DNA from: an uncultured Planctomycetia bacterium | GTDB lineage: Bacteria; Omnitrophota; Gorgyraeia; Gorgyraeales; Gorgyraeaceae | Assembly: GCA_964652265.1 (NCBI GenBank) | Contig: CAZZAL010000001.1 | Coordinates: forward strand, 37,783 to 101,782 | DNA: 64,000 nucleotides | Direction of reading: 5' to 3' | Shown here: in pieces, positions 1-9,516 of the stretch | Position numbering within the stretch: the first letter of the stretch is position 1 | How the letters are laid out: every line of letters starts with the position of its first letter | Position numbers and translations under genes: made by a program | The notes under the pieces: generated by a model | Told to the model about the DNA's origin: nothing | Databases searched by the model: none | Seen by the model: the letters and a program-made list of their open reading frames with translations, nothing else

Positions 1-440
1 GTGATAAAACTCCGACGAGGATTTTTTATCGAGAATCCGGGTCTTTTGACCACCACGAACCTGCAAAGCTCCAGGATCCCCTTGAGGTCTTTCCAGAAGT
101 CAACCTCTCTTAATGAATCAGAGCCGGTTATAAAAAATATTTCTGCTCGAGTGCCGTATAGTTTTCTCAATTGCCGCAATGTCTGGATCGAATACGACCG
201 TCCTTTTCTTTTTATCTCAACATCCGAAAGATAGAATCCATTTATTCCTTTAATAGCGAGCTTAACCATGCTGTATCTATGGCGAGCTGAAGTGACCTTG
301 ACACCTTTTTTGTGCGGAGGAAGGTGTGCGGGTATAAATATTACCTTTCCAAGACAAAGTCTCTTCTGTATCTTCTTCGCCAAATATAAATGGCCATTAT
401 GAATAGGATCGAATGTCCCACCCAACACGCCTATTCGCAC
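1..440 (-). CDS. nadD: nicotinate-nucleotide adenylyltransferase, N-terminal 146 aa; gene runs off window start
   Basis: Hand translation of the minus strand from GTG at 438-440 gives VRIGVLGGTFDPIHNGHLYLAKK...IPAHLPPHKK...SYSIQTL...FFITGSDSL...VVKRPGF, matching NadD motifs (GGTFDPxHxGH, PPHK, SYT, GxD). AAGGAG Shine-Dalgarno 7 nt upstream. Not in the ORF track because of the GTG start and no stop inside the window. Confidence 0.8.
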   Translation of the reverse strand, partial: MRIGVLGGTFDPIHNGHLYLAKKIQKRLCLGKVIFIPAHLPPHKKGVKVTSARHRYSMVKLAIKGINGFYLSDVEIKRKGRSYSIQTLRQLRKLYGTRAEIFFITGSDSLREVDFWKDLKGILELCRFVVVKRPGFSIKNPRRSFI

Positions 441-462
441 CTAATGCTCCTTGCATTTGCTT

Positions 463-1830
463 TTATAGAGAATGTATTGCCTTATTATGTACTGCCTCGG
501 ATGCTTCCTGGATTACTTCTGACAACGTAGGATGTGCGTGTATCACGCTTGCTAATTTCTCTGATGTTATTCCAAATTGCACACATTGAGATATCTCGGC
601 TATAAGTTCTGTTGCATGAGGGCCGATTATTTGTGCTCCTAAAATCTTATCTGAGGCTACATCAACGACTAATTTTACGAACCCTTCTGTCTGGCCTACT
701 ACATGCGCCTTTCCAATCGCTGAAAATAAAAACTTTCTAGGCCGAGCATTGATGCCCTTGTCTTTTGCCTGTCTCTCGCTCAATCCCACGCTGGCTATCT
801 CAGGATGAGTAAAGATACAACTGGGCACGACATTATAATCTATCTTGGGTTTTTTCCCTGCCATTGCCTCAATAGCACACATGCCTTCCCTTGAAGCCAG
901 ATGCGCTAGCAAGACCCCGCCCCTTACATCGCCTGCTGCGTAAACATTCTTTACGTTTGTCCTAAAGTCCTTGCTGACCTTTATCCACGCTTTTTCGCGC
1001 TCTATTCCTATACCCTCGATTCCCATGCCTTCAGAATTAGGTCTTCTGCCGACACATACTAGCGCTCGCTCTGCAGAAAGGGCTGCGCCACTAGAGAGCA
1101 TAACATTGATGCTGCCAGAGCGTTTCTCTATTTTTTCAACCTTTGTCTTTGTGAATATCTTGATGCCCCTTTTCTTAAAAATCTGCTCTATCTTCTTGGC
1201 AACTTCTACATCTTCGTTAGGTAAAAGTTGGTCCATCATCTCTACGATTGTGATATCTGAGCCGAATGTCTTAAAAATAGATGCAAATTCGCATCCTATG
1301 ACCCCGCCTCCGACAATAACAATGCTTTTAGGTATCTCCTTTAGCCCAAGCACATCAGAACTCGAAAGTATATGCGTAGCGTCAAACTCCATCCCTGGGA
1401 TTTCAAAAGGAAGCGAACCGCTTGCTATAAGTATATTTTTTGCCTCGATCTCTTTATCGCCGACACTAACTCGGCCTGCATCCTTTATCTCTGCAGCGCC
1501 TCTTATCAGGGATATCTTTCTTGCCTTCAAGAGCATCTCTATCCCGGAAGAAAGCTTCTTTACGATATTCTCTTTTCTTTCCTGCACCTTCTGAAAATCA
1601 ATACTGAAATCTTTTATATTTACGCCGAATTCTTGGGCACGGCCTGCATTGTAAAAAGCCATACTGGAAGCAGAAAGTGCCTTAGTAGGTATACACCCTT
1701 GATTCAGGCATACGCCGCCTATTTCCTCTTTCTCAATGACACAGACCTTCATGCCAAGCTGCGCAGCCCTTATACCAGCCACATAACCACATGGCCCAGA
1801 ACCGATTATAGCTACATCATATCTATCCAT
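463..1830 (-). CDS. lpdA: dihydrolipoyl dehydrogenase (E3)
   Basis: 455 aa. N-terminal FAD fold [12 protein letters not shown], redox-active disulfide CLNQGCIPTK, C-terminal HAHPTLSE interface motif. Confidence 0.9.
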   Translation of the reverse strand: MDRYDVAIIGSGPCGYVAGIRAAQLGMKVCVIEKEEIGGVCLNQGCIPTKALSASSMAFYNAGRAQEFGVNIKDFSIDFQKVQERKENIVKKLSSGIEMLLKARKISLIRGAAEIKDAGRVSVGDKEIEAKNILIASGSLPFEIPGMEFDATHILSSSDVLGLKEIPKSIVIVGGGVIGCEFASIFKTFGSDITIVEMMDQLLPNEDVEVAKKIEQIFKKRGIKIFTKTKVEKIEKRSGSINVMLSSGAALSAERALVCVGRRPNSEGMGIEGIGIEREKAWIKVSKDFRTNVKNVYAAGDVRGGVLLAHLASREGMCAIEAMAGKKPKIDYNVVPSCIFTHPEIASVGLSERQAKDKGINARPRKFLFSAIGKAHVVGQTEGFVKLVVDVASDKILGAQIIGPHATELIAEISQCVQFGITSEKLASVIHAHPTLSEVIQEASEAVHNKAIHSL

Positions 1831-1885
1831 AAACCAATCCCCTATTTTAATTACCCGTGACTTATTATCTAAACCTTGCGTAAAA

Positions 1886-2773
1886 TTAAGAGACTTTTTT
1901 TATAGATTCGCGGATTTTGCAGGCGGATTCTTTAAAAGATGCCTTTTCCTCGTCGGTAAGCTTTATTTCTACAATCTCTCTGACACCAGAAGCCCCCAGC
2001 ACTAACGGGACACCCATGTAAATATCTTTTTGGCCGTATTGCCCCTGGAGATAACCACTCGCGCAGACTGTCCTAGCTTCATCTTTTAAAATAGCCCTGA
2101 CCATGTAAAAAACAGCAGCAGATGGGGCAAAATATGCACTTCCTGTCTTCAGGTGTCCGACTATCTCTGCCCCGCGGTCTCGCGCACGAGCAGATGCCTC
2201 CTTAAAGATGTTTTCGGGTAACTCCTTACTTCTGTTGATGGCGACCATTGTATCGCCATGGCTCCCCATCATGAAGATCTTGTCTTCTGCTACACCTTTT
2301 ACTTTTTCAGAGGCAATATTCATAAACCTGGCTGAGTCCAGGACACCTGCCATGCCGATTACCCTGCTGGATTTGATCCCTGTAGTCTTCATGGTAAGAT
2401 AGGCCATCACGTCAAGCGGGTTAGTGACAATAATCACTATCGAAGTTGGACAATGTTTTTTTATGTGGCTGGCTATATCTTTTACGATCTGTGCATTTTT
2501 TTTCAAAAGATCGTCGCGAGACATACCTGGTTTACGCGCAAGCCCTGCTGTGACCACCACGATATCCGAGCGCCCCAGAGCATTAAAGTCCTCTGCTCCG
2601 GTTATGTTAGCGCTTGAGCCTGTTATAGGCCTTGCATCAGAGATATCAAGGGCCTTTCCTTTTGCCAGACCAGGCACTATATCTATTAAAACGACATCCG
2701 AAAGATCAGCATCAATGATCCTCGATGCCACCATTGCTCCGACATTGCCCGCGCCTACTACTGCTACCTTCAT
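1886..2773 (-). CDS. mdh: malate dehydrogenase (LDH-like MDH family)
   Basis: 295 aa. MKVAVVGAGNVGA Rossmann N-terminus, ITNPLDVM, catalytic MGSHGDTMV-type region typical of LDH/MDH family 1. Confidence 0.85.
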   Translation of the reverse strand: MKVAVVGAGNVGAMVASRIIDADLSDVVLIDIVPGLAKGKALDISDARPITGSSANITGAEDFNALGRSDIVVVTAGLARKPGMSRDDLLKKNAQIVKDIASHIKKHCPTSIVIIVTNPLDVMAYLTMKTTGIKSSRVIGMAGVLDSARFMNIASEKVKGVAEDKIFMMGSHGDTMVAINRSKELPENIFKEASARARDRGAEIVGHLKTGSAYFAPSAAVFYMVRAILKDEARTVCASGYLQGQYGQKDIYMGVPLVLGASGVREIVEIKLTDEEKASFKESACKIRESIKKVS

Positions 2774-3858
2774 GATTTTTTAACCCTCTTTATGATCGCA
2801 TCTGCCATTTCTTTGGTACCTACGGCACTAGGGTCATTCCGGTCTGGTTTCAAATCATAGGTGACGTTTTTCCCTTCTGCAATAACGCCTGAAACTGCAT
2901 CTTCAAGCCTGTCTGCAGCCTTTTTTTCATTCAAATACCGCAACATCAATACACCTGACAAAATTACTGCTGCAGGATTTACCTTGTTTAATCCTGTATA
3001 CTTTGGGGCACTACCATGAATAGGTTCAAAAAGCGCCATGCCTTCGCCTATATTAGCACCAGGGGCTATACCTAATCCTCCGACAAGCCCTGAACACAGA
3101 TCAGAAACTATATCGCCGTAAAGGTTAGGCAAAACCAAGACATCGTAGAGTTCGGGTTTTTGGACCAACTGCATGCACATATTGTCGACTATCCTGTCTT
3201 CAAAGTCTATCTTACCTTTATATTCTTCTGCCACTTCCTGAGCACACCTCAAAAATAATCCGTCTGTCTCTTTCATGATATTGGCCTTATGGACAGCTGT
3301 CACCTTGCGCCTCTTGTTCTTGATGGCATAATCAAAAGCAAACTTGACTATTCTCTTGGAGGCAATCTTAGATATAGGCTTTATGCCGATGGAAGAATCT
3401 TTTTTAATAGAGGCCTTGCTCAATTTCTCTATGTATTTTATCGCGTCTCCTGCCTCCTCAGAGCCTTCTGAAAACTCTATGCCGGCATACAGATCTTCTG
3501 TATTCTCCCTGACAACAACAAGATCTATGTCCTGATACCTGCTTTTAACCCCTTTGTAACTCTTGCAGGGCCTTAGACATGCATATAGATCCAATGCTAT
3601 CCTCATCTGTACATTGACGGACCTGAACCCCTTACCCACAGGTGTTGTTATAGGCCCCTTGATCGCAACCTTATTTTTTCTTATTGAATCCAGGACCTGC
3701 TGCGGCAGGACAGTACCGAACTTCTCCATGGCCTCTGCGCCTGCGATCTGTTCTTCCCACTCAATCTTAACACCTGTTGAGTCTATGCAGCGCCTTGCAG
3801 CAAGGCTTACCTCTCTTCCGATCCCGTCACCTGGTATCAGCGTCACTCTATGCGACAA
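2770..3858 (-). CDS. icd: isocitrate dehydrogenase (isocitrate/isopropylmalate dehydrogenase superfamily; substrate motif is IDH-like)
   Basis: 362 aa. LIPGDGIGREV N-terminus, KGPITTPVGKGFRSVNVQMRIALDLYACLRP matches the IDH Ser-x-Asn...Arg substrate loop rather than the LeuB pattern, NLYGDIVSD metal site. Confidence 0.75.
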   Translation of the reverse strand: MSHRVTLIPGDGIGREVSLAARRCIDSTGVKIEWEEQIAGAEAMEKFGTVLPQQVLDSIRKNKVAIKGPITTPVGKGFRSVNVQMRIALDLYACLRPCKSYKGVKSRYQDIDLVVVRENTEDLYAGIEFSEGSEEAGDAIKYIEKLSKASIKKDSSIGIKPISKIASKRIVKFAFDYAIKNKRRKVTAVHKANIMKETDGLFLRCAQEVAEEYKGKIDFEDRIVDNMCMQLVQKPELYDVLVLPNLYGDIVSDLCSGLVGGLGIAPGANIGEGMALFEPIHGSAPKYTGLNKVNPAAVILSGVLMLRYLNEKKAADRLEDAVSGVIAEGKNVTYDLKPDRNDPSAVGTKEMADAIIKRVKKS

Positions 3859-4384
3859 TGTTAAGCCCTCCGTGTTTTTTATAGAGATTGATTATCCCAC
3901 CTGCATCGATCAATGCCCTTTGAAATTTATTAAAGGGTTTCATTTCTAATGAGCTACCTCTTGTCGTGTTCAAGACTATGCCGTTTTTAAGATCTACATC
4001 AAGGATGTCCCTGTTTTTTATCTTTTCAGTACGACATTCTATAAGCGGGAGTCCAAGATTAAATGCATTCCTATAAAATATCCTTGCGAAGCTCCTGGCC
4101 AGTACTGCCTGGCATCCTGCATGCTTAATGGCGAGCGGAGCCTGTTCACGAGATGACCCGCACCCGAAGTTCTCTCCTGCAACAACAAAAAACTGTTTCC
4201 CGTGCAAATTCTTATAAAAATCCGGGTCAGCATCTTCAAACACATGCCTCGCGAGTTCATTGGGATCAGTGATTGAAAACTTATACCTTCCGGAAATAAT
4301 AAGGTCTGTATTTATATCATTTCCAAATTTGTACGCTACTCCATTCATCTGCTTCCTTTTTAGCTCAAAGGTTACGGGCCTCAT
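3848..4384 (-). CDS. leuD: 3-isopropylmalate dehydratase / aconitase-family small subunit (LeuD type 2)
   Basis: 178 aa. [15 protein letters not shown] swivel-domain motif of LeuD/aconitase C-terminal domain. Confidence 0.8.
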   Translation of the reverse strand: MRPVTFELKRKQMNGVAYKFGNDINTDLIISGRYKFSITDPNELARHVFEDADPDFYKNLHGKQFFVVAGENFGCGSSREQAPLAIKHAGCQAVLARSFARIFYRNAFNLGLPLIECRTEKIKNRDILDVDLKNGIVLNTTRGSSLEMKPFNKFQRALIDAGGIINLYKKHGGLNIVA

Positions 4385-5414
4385 CAGGATTACGGATGTA
4401 TGTCCTGAATATTTCCTCGTCTATGATGCCTTTTTGAAACAAGCTCTTGAGCGACTTGTCCATTGTGTGCATGCCATATTGAAAACCTGTCTGGATGTGT
4501 GTCAAAAGCTGCTCTGTCTCGTGCTCCCTGACCAGATTTCTGATCGCCGGCGTCGCTATCATTATCTCTGTCGCAAGGACCCTGCCACCTGAGTCTTTCC
4601 TAGGCAGGAGCTGCTGCGATACAACTGCCTGCAGCGTACCTGCCAGCTGGATCTTGACCTGTTGCTGCTGGTAAGGAGGAAATACGTCTATAATCCTGTC
4701 TATTGTCTGTGAGGCATTGGGTGTATGCAAGGTCGCCAGCACAAGATGACCTGTTTCAGCTGCAGTCAATGCAGTAGAAATGGTCTCCAGGTTCCTCATC
4801 TCTCCGACCACTATTACATTAGGATCCTGCCTCAACGCGTGAGTCAAAGACGCAGTAAACGATCTTGTGTCTGAATAGACTTCCCTCTGCTTCACTACAC
4901 TGCGTTTATTAAAATGCACATATTCTATAGGGTCTTCTATGACAATAATTATAGACTGGCGCTTACTGTTTATAAGATCTACCATGGCTGCCAGCGTCGT
5001 GGTCTTGCCGACTCCCGTAGGCCCTGTAACCAGGATCAGCCCCTGTGTCTTATTGCAAAGCTCTGTTACTATGTCCGGTAAACCCAGTTCTTCTATGGTC
5101 TTTATATTAAGGGATACGAGCCTGAACGCAGCTTCAACACTCCCCCTCTGCATGTGCACATTTACCCTGAATCTGTTAAGACCGGGTATCTCAAGAGAAA
5201 AATCCAGTTCCAGCTCCTTCTCAAATGTAGCCTTTTGCCTGTCATTTAACACGCTGTATATCAAGCGTTTGCAATCCTCTTTACTTAACTTAGGAAAATC
5301 CGAAAGAGGCATTAACCGTCCGTCTATCCTGACAATAGGGACCGACCCAGCAGTAATGTGTAAATCTGAAGCCTTTTTTTCAACAGCCCTCTTTAAAAAA
5401 GTCTTAAGATCCAT
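4365..5414 (-). CDS. pilT: type IV pilus retraction ATPase PilT
   Basis: 349 aa. Walker A GPTGVGKTT, Asp/His boxes, PilT-specific AIRNLVRE motif. Overlaps leuD-like start by 20 nt. Confidence 0.85.
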   Translation of the reverse strand: MDLKTFLKRAVEKKASDLHITAGSVPIVRIDGRLMPLSDFPKLSKEDCKRLIYSVLNDRQKATFEKELELDFSLEIPGLNRFRVNVHMQRGSVEAAFRLVSLNIKTIEELGLPDIVTELCNKTQGLILVTGPTGVGKTTTLAAMVDLINSKRQSIIIVIEDPIEYVHFNKRSVVKQREVYSDTRSFTASLTHALRQDPNVIVVGEMRNLETISTALTAAETGHLVLATLHTPNASQTIDRIIDVFPPYQQQQVKIQLAGTLQAVVSQQLLPRKDSGGRVLATEIMIATPAIRNLVREHETEQLLTHIQTGFQYGMHTMDKSLKSLFQKGIIDEEIFRTYIRNPDEARNL

Positions 5415-5428
5415 AAGGTTCTCCTTGG

Positions 5429-6697
5429 TTAGAGGTATTTTTTAGGATCAGTTATCCTGCCCTCTATGGCAGAAGCCGCAACCGTAGCAGGAGATGCTAG
5501 ATATATAAATGCATCCGGATTGCCCATGCGACCTTTAAAATTCCTATTTGCTGTTGATATCACGTTCTCGCCCTTGGACGGCACACCATTATGCGTCCCT
5601 ACGCACGGGCCACAGCCTGGCGCAACAACGCATGCCCCTTTCTTGATAAAATCTGCTATGATCCCTTTCTCTATAGCTTCCTGAAATATTGTCCTGGAAG
5701 CTGGCGCGACTATCATCTTGACATCCTTATGTACGGTGTGCTTCCTCAGGATAGAGACCGCTATCTTCAAATCCTCCATCCTGCCATTTGTGCATGTACC
5801 TAAAAATGCCTCGTCTATCTTTTTGTTTTTTAATTTACTCACAGATGTTACATTATCTACTGTATGAGGCTTTGCGACTTGTGGAGGGATCTTACTGACA
5901 TCGTATTCTATCACTTCTGAATATTCAGCATCCTTGTCGCTTTTTATCTTTTCCATTCTTGCTTTAGGTTTTATACCGGCAAGATACCTATATGTCACCT
6001 CATCAGGCTCCATGATCCCTGCCTTTGCGCCCATCTCAATAGCCATGTTCGAGATAGTGAATCTCGCATCCATGCTGAGTTTCTTTATATAGTCTCCTAG
6101 GAACTCAACTGCCTTGTAGGTGCAATAGCCAGCGCCAAGGTCCCCTATTATATGCAAGATCACGTCTTTTGAATAGACGCCTTTTCCTGGTTTTCCGTTT
6201 AAGACTATCTTTATTGTCTCTGGGATCTTAAACCAGTTTTTTCCAGAAGCCAATGCCACTGCCAGATCAGTCGAACCCATCCCTGTTGAGAAGGCTCCCA
6301 GCGCCCCGTATGTGCACGTATGCGAATCAGCGCCTATGACCAATGCCCCTGGTTTTACGAGTCCGGCCTCTGGTATGACCTGGTGACACACGCCGCATCC
6401 TACATCAAAAAGCCTTACCCTGTTCTCTTTTGAAAACATGCGCATCTTCCTGTGTATCTCTGAGACTCCTATGTTCGGACTTGGCGCGCTATGATCAATC
6501 ACCATGCAAAATCTATCTTTATTAAAAGGCCTTTTTGCCCCTAGTTTTTTAAACGAGTCGATTATTAGACTTGTTGTCCCGTCCTGGCCAAAACAGAAAT
6601 CAATATCACAGACAGCCACATCTCCAGCCCTAAGGTCGCGATTACAATGCGCGCTAAAAATCTTCTCCGCGATCGTCTTACCTGGCATTCTTTTCAA
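5429..6697 (-). CDS. leuC: 3-isopropylmalate dehydratase / aconitase-family large subunit (LeuC type 2, about 420 aa form)
   Basis: 422 aa. Aconitase-family catalytic domain with Fe-S cluster cysteines (CGPCVG) and DSHT-type substrate residues. Confidence 0.8.
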   Translation of the reverse strand: MKRMPGKTIAEKIFSAHCNRDLRAGDVAVCDIDFCFGQDGTTSLIIDSFKKLGAKRPFNKDRFCMVIDHSAPSPNIGVSEIHRKMRMFSKENRVRLFDVGCGVCHQVIPEAGLVKPGALVIGADSHTCTYGALGAFSTGMGSTDLAVALASGKNWFKIPETIKIVLNGKPGKGVYSKDVILHIIGDLGAGYCTYKAVEFLGDYIKKLSMDARFTISNMAIEMGAKAGIMEPDEVTYRYLAGIKPKARMEKIKSDKDAEYSEVIEYDVSKIPPQVAKPHTVDNVTSVSKLKNKKIDEAFLGTCTNGRMEDLKIAVSILRKHTVHKDVKMIVAPASRTIFQEAIEKGIIADFIKKGACVVAPGCGPCVGTHNGVPSKGENVISTANRNFKGRMGNPDAFIYLASPATVAASAIEGRITDPKKYL

Positions 6698-7850
6698 ACC
6701 ACCCCTCTATCCTGTCCATGCCCTTTTCAATGTTTTTCATGCTGGTGGCAAAACTAAGCCGGATATGCCTATCCGAACCAAATGCCTTACCAGGTACAGC
6801 TGCGACCTTTACCTCATTCAAAAGCCTCTCGCAGACATCCATGCTGGATAGACCCAAGTTATCGATCCTGCAAAATGCGTAAAAAGCACCCTCTGGCTTC
6901 ATACACGTAAGTCCTTTTACCTTATTCGCACGTTTATATATATAGTCTCTGCGTTTCTCGAATTCAGCCACCATCTTCTTTACACTCGCATCCCCACCCT
7001 TTATAGCCTCTAGCGCAGCGGCTTGACTTATAGAAGTCGGATTAGAGCTGGAATGGCTCTGCAGGTTCTTTATGGCCTCTACCACCATTTTATTAACCGA
7101 CGCTAGATACCCTATCCTCCACCCTGTCATAGCAAAACTCTTTGAGACACCATTCACGACTATTGTGTTCTCGAAGATATCCTTATTAAGAGACGCTATC
7201 GAGGTATGGACCTTGCCGTCAAAGGTGATCTTTTCATAGATCTCGTCGCTGATTACAAGGATATTATTTTTTACCGCTACGCCCGCTATCTCCTGTAGCT
7301 CCTTTTTATCATAGACACACCCTGTCGGGTTTGACGGACTGTTTATTATCAGCGCCTTTGTTTTCTTGGAAATGACTTTGCTGAGCATTGCGCCTGTTAT
7401 CTTAAAATTTTCCTTTTCACTTGTCTCTATAAAAACAGGCTTAGCACCAGACAATTTTACCATCTCAGGATAACTCAGCCAATAAGGCTCTGGTATAATA
7501 ACCTCATCACCTTCCTCGCATATGACCTGTATGATATTATAGAGAGAATGCTTTGCGCCGCAGGATATTACTATCTGGGAAGGATCATAGGTAAGTGAAT
7601 TGTCTTTGGAAAATTTCTCGCAGACGACTTTCTTTAGTTCGTCAGTACCTGAAGCAGGTGTATATTTTGTAAAACCCTTCTGGATGGAATCTATAGCGGA
7701 TTTTTTTATATTCTCAGGTGTGTCAAAATCAGGCTCGCCAGATCCAAAACCTATCACGTCCACGCCCTGAAGTTTCATCTTCTTGGCCTTGGCCGTGATG
7801 GCGAGCGTCAATGAAGCACTTACGTTTTCTACACGAGAGGAAAGCCTCAT
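6678..7850 (-). CDS. class I/II pyridoxal-phosphate aminotransferase (aspartate aminotransferase-like)
   Basis: 390 aa. PLP-lysine region SKSFAMTGWRIGY and overall AAT-like fold signature. Overlaps leuC start by 20 nt. Confidence 0.8.
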   Translation of the reverse strand: MRLSSRVENVSASLTLAITAKAKKMKLQGVDVIGFGSGEPDFDTPENIKKSAIDSIQKGFTKYTPASGTDELKKVVCEKFSKDNSLTYDPSQIVISCGAKHSLYNIIQVICEEGDEVIIPEPYWLSYPEMVKLSGAKPVFIETSEKENFKITGAMLSKVISKKTKALIINSPSNPTGCVYDKKELQEIAGVAVKNNILVISDEIYEKITFDGKVHTSIASLNKDIFENTIVVNGVSKSFAMTGWRIGYLASVNKMVVEAIKNLQSHSSSNPTSISQAAALEAIKGGDASVKKMVAEFEKRRDYIYKRANKVKGLTCMKPEGAFYAFCRIDNLGLSSMDVCERLLNEVKVAAVPGKAFGSDRHIRLSFATSMKNIEKGMDRIEGWFEKNAR

Positions 7851-7886
7851 AACTTTTGCCCCTTAATAAACTAACGCTTTATGAGG

Positions 7887-8501
7887 TTAAGCTTCTTTCT
7901 TGCGTCCAAATAATCTCTTAAAAAATCCTGGCTTTGGCTTGGCTTTCTTGGGTTTTTCCGGCTCTTTTGGAGCTGGAGGCAGAACTACCTTTTTCGGTTC
8001 CGGCTGTTTCTTGACAGCTTCTTTCTTTTTCTGCGACATGGCCTTCTTCGGCTCTTCTATTTTCTCGGCTACTGGTTTAGCTTCAGGCTGGAGAGAAACT
8101 TTTCCCTTCTTTTCCTTTTTCTTTGTCGTGTCTACCTTTGGTTTTGGTTTTTCAACGAATTCCAATATAGCCATCTGTGCATTGTCCCCGCGCCTTTTGC
8201 TCGTCAGCATAACTCTGGTGTAGCCGCCGTTTCGCTCTTTAAAAAGAGGCGCTATATCTTTGAAAAGGATAGAGACCAGGTCTCTATCCTGGAGAATCTG
8301 ATACGCCCTCCTCTGACTGGCAACACTATCGGCCTTACTGATCGTAACTAACTTATCAGCGAGCCTGGAAGTCTCTCTTGCCTTTACCTTTGTCGTTTGT
8401 ATGCTTTTATTGATAATAAGGCCGGATACCAAATGGCGCATTGTCGCCTTATAATGAGCGCCTTGCCTTCCAAACCTTACATTGTGCTTGCGATGTCTCA
8501 T
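7887..8501 (-). CDS. rplQ: 50S ribosomal protein L17 with about 85-aa Lys/Pro/Glu-rich C-terminal extension
   Basis: 204 aa. N-terminal 120 aa is canonical L17 (MRHRKHNVRFGRQGAHYKATMRHL); C-terminal tail is KKKEKKGK...PKKAKPKPGFFKRLFGRKKEA. Confidence 0.9.
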   Translation of the reverse strand: MRHRKHNVRFGRQGAHYKATMRHLVSGLIINKSIQTTKVKARETSRLADKLVTISKADSVASQRRAYQILQDRDLVSILFKDIAPLFKERNGGYTRVMLTSKRRGDNAQMAILEFVEKPKPKVDTTKKKEKKGKVSLQPEAKPVAEKIEEPKKAMSQKKKEAVKKQPEPKKVVLPPAPKEPEKPKKAKPKPGFFKRLFGRKKEA

Positions 8502-8515
8502 CCCTAGCCCCTAAC

Positions 8516-9505
8516 TTATTTTTTCTTCTTTTTCTTCTCCTTTGGAATATCCATGCCAAAAGAAAGCCCCATGCCTTTTAATATTTCCTTTATCTCTGTA
8601 AGGGACTTTTTTCCGAAATTTCTATACTGCAGCATCTCCTGCTCTGTCCTCTTAACCATGTCTCCGATGACCTTTATGCGGGCATCCCTTAAACAATTGC
8701 TGCTCCTTACAGAAAGCTCTAATTCTGAAACAGGAAGCTTTAGTTTTTCTAATAGTTCCTTGTTTTCCACGTTCTCTTCTTTCTCGTCCTCTTCTATCTC
8801 CACCTGGCCGAGTTTTCCAAATACATCAAGATGTCTCTGTAATATATGCGAGGCATACAAAAGCGCTTCCTTTGGGTCCACGCTTCCGTTGGTCCATACC
8901 TCGAGTATCAACTTGTCGTAATCTGTCATCTGGCCGACCCTTGTGTCTTCCACGTGAAAATTTACGCGTCGCACAGGCGCAAACGCAGAATCCACCGGTA
9001 TCACACCTATAGACTGGCCTTCTTTTTTGTTTCTTTCTGCAGGGACATATCCCCGACCCTTGCCTATTTCAAGCTCCATGCTAAAATTCGCATTCTTGGT
9101 AAGCGTGGCTATGTGAAGATCTGGGTTCATTACCTCGACTGTGTCATCAGTCGCGATATTTTCAGCCGTCACCTCACCCTTTTTGGAGGCCTTCAGCCGC
9201 AATATCTTTGGAGTCCTGGAATGAGACTTTAAGACCAGCTGTTTTATATTCAATATGATCTGAGGCACATCCTCCAGGACCCCTGGTATAGTAGAAAATT
9301 CGTGCAACACGCTGTCTATCTTTACCGAAGTAACAGCTGCGCCTTCGATAGATGATATGAGAATGCGTCGCAAAGAACTTCCTATAGTATTGCCAAATCC
9401 ACGTTCGAACGGTTCTGCCGTAAACCTACCATATTGCGGCGAATAAGTTTTATCATCGCATGCCAATTTCTTTGGCATCTCAAATGTCTTCCAACTAATA
9501 CCCAT
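8516..9505 (-). CDS. rpoA: DNA-directed RNA polymerase subunit alpha
   Basis: 329 aa. Alpha N-terminal and C-terminal domain sequence, position after rpsD. Confidence 0.92.
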   Translation of the reverse strand: MGISWKTFEMPKKLACDDKTYSPQYGRFTAEPFERGFGNTIGSSLRRILISSIEGAAVTSVKIDSVLHEFSTIPGVLEDVPQIILNIKQLVLKSHSRTPKILRLKASKKGEVTAENIATDDTVEVMNPDLHIATLTKNANFSMELEIGKGRGYVPAERNKKEGQSIGVIPVDSAFAPVRRVNFHVEDTRVGQMTDYDKLILEVWTNGSVDPKEALLYASHILQRHLDVFGKLGQVEIEEDEKEENVENKELLEKLKLPVSELELSVRSSNCLRDARIKVIGDMVKRTEQEMLQYRNFGKKSLTEIKEILKGMGLSFGMDIPKEKKKKKK

Positions 9506-9516
9506 TTTGCCCCCTT

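Noticed and set aside
1-234. Plus-strand 77-aa ORF at window start
   Set aside because: No recognisable protein features. It lies antisense to a clear NadD reading frame on the minus strand (GTG start at 440 with Shine-Dalgarno).
2770-3858. Calling the 362-aa dehydrogenase LeuB (3-isopropylmalate dehydrogenase) because of adjacent leuCD-like genes
   Set aside because: Substrate-loop sequence (GFRSVNVQMR...LRP) fits the isocitrate dehydrogenase pattern (Ser-x-Asn...Arg) rather than the LeuB pattern. Annotated as icd, with the uncertainty noted.
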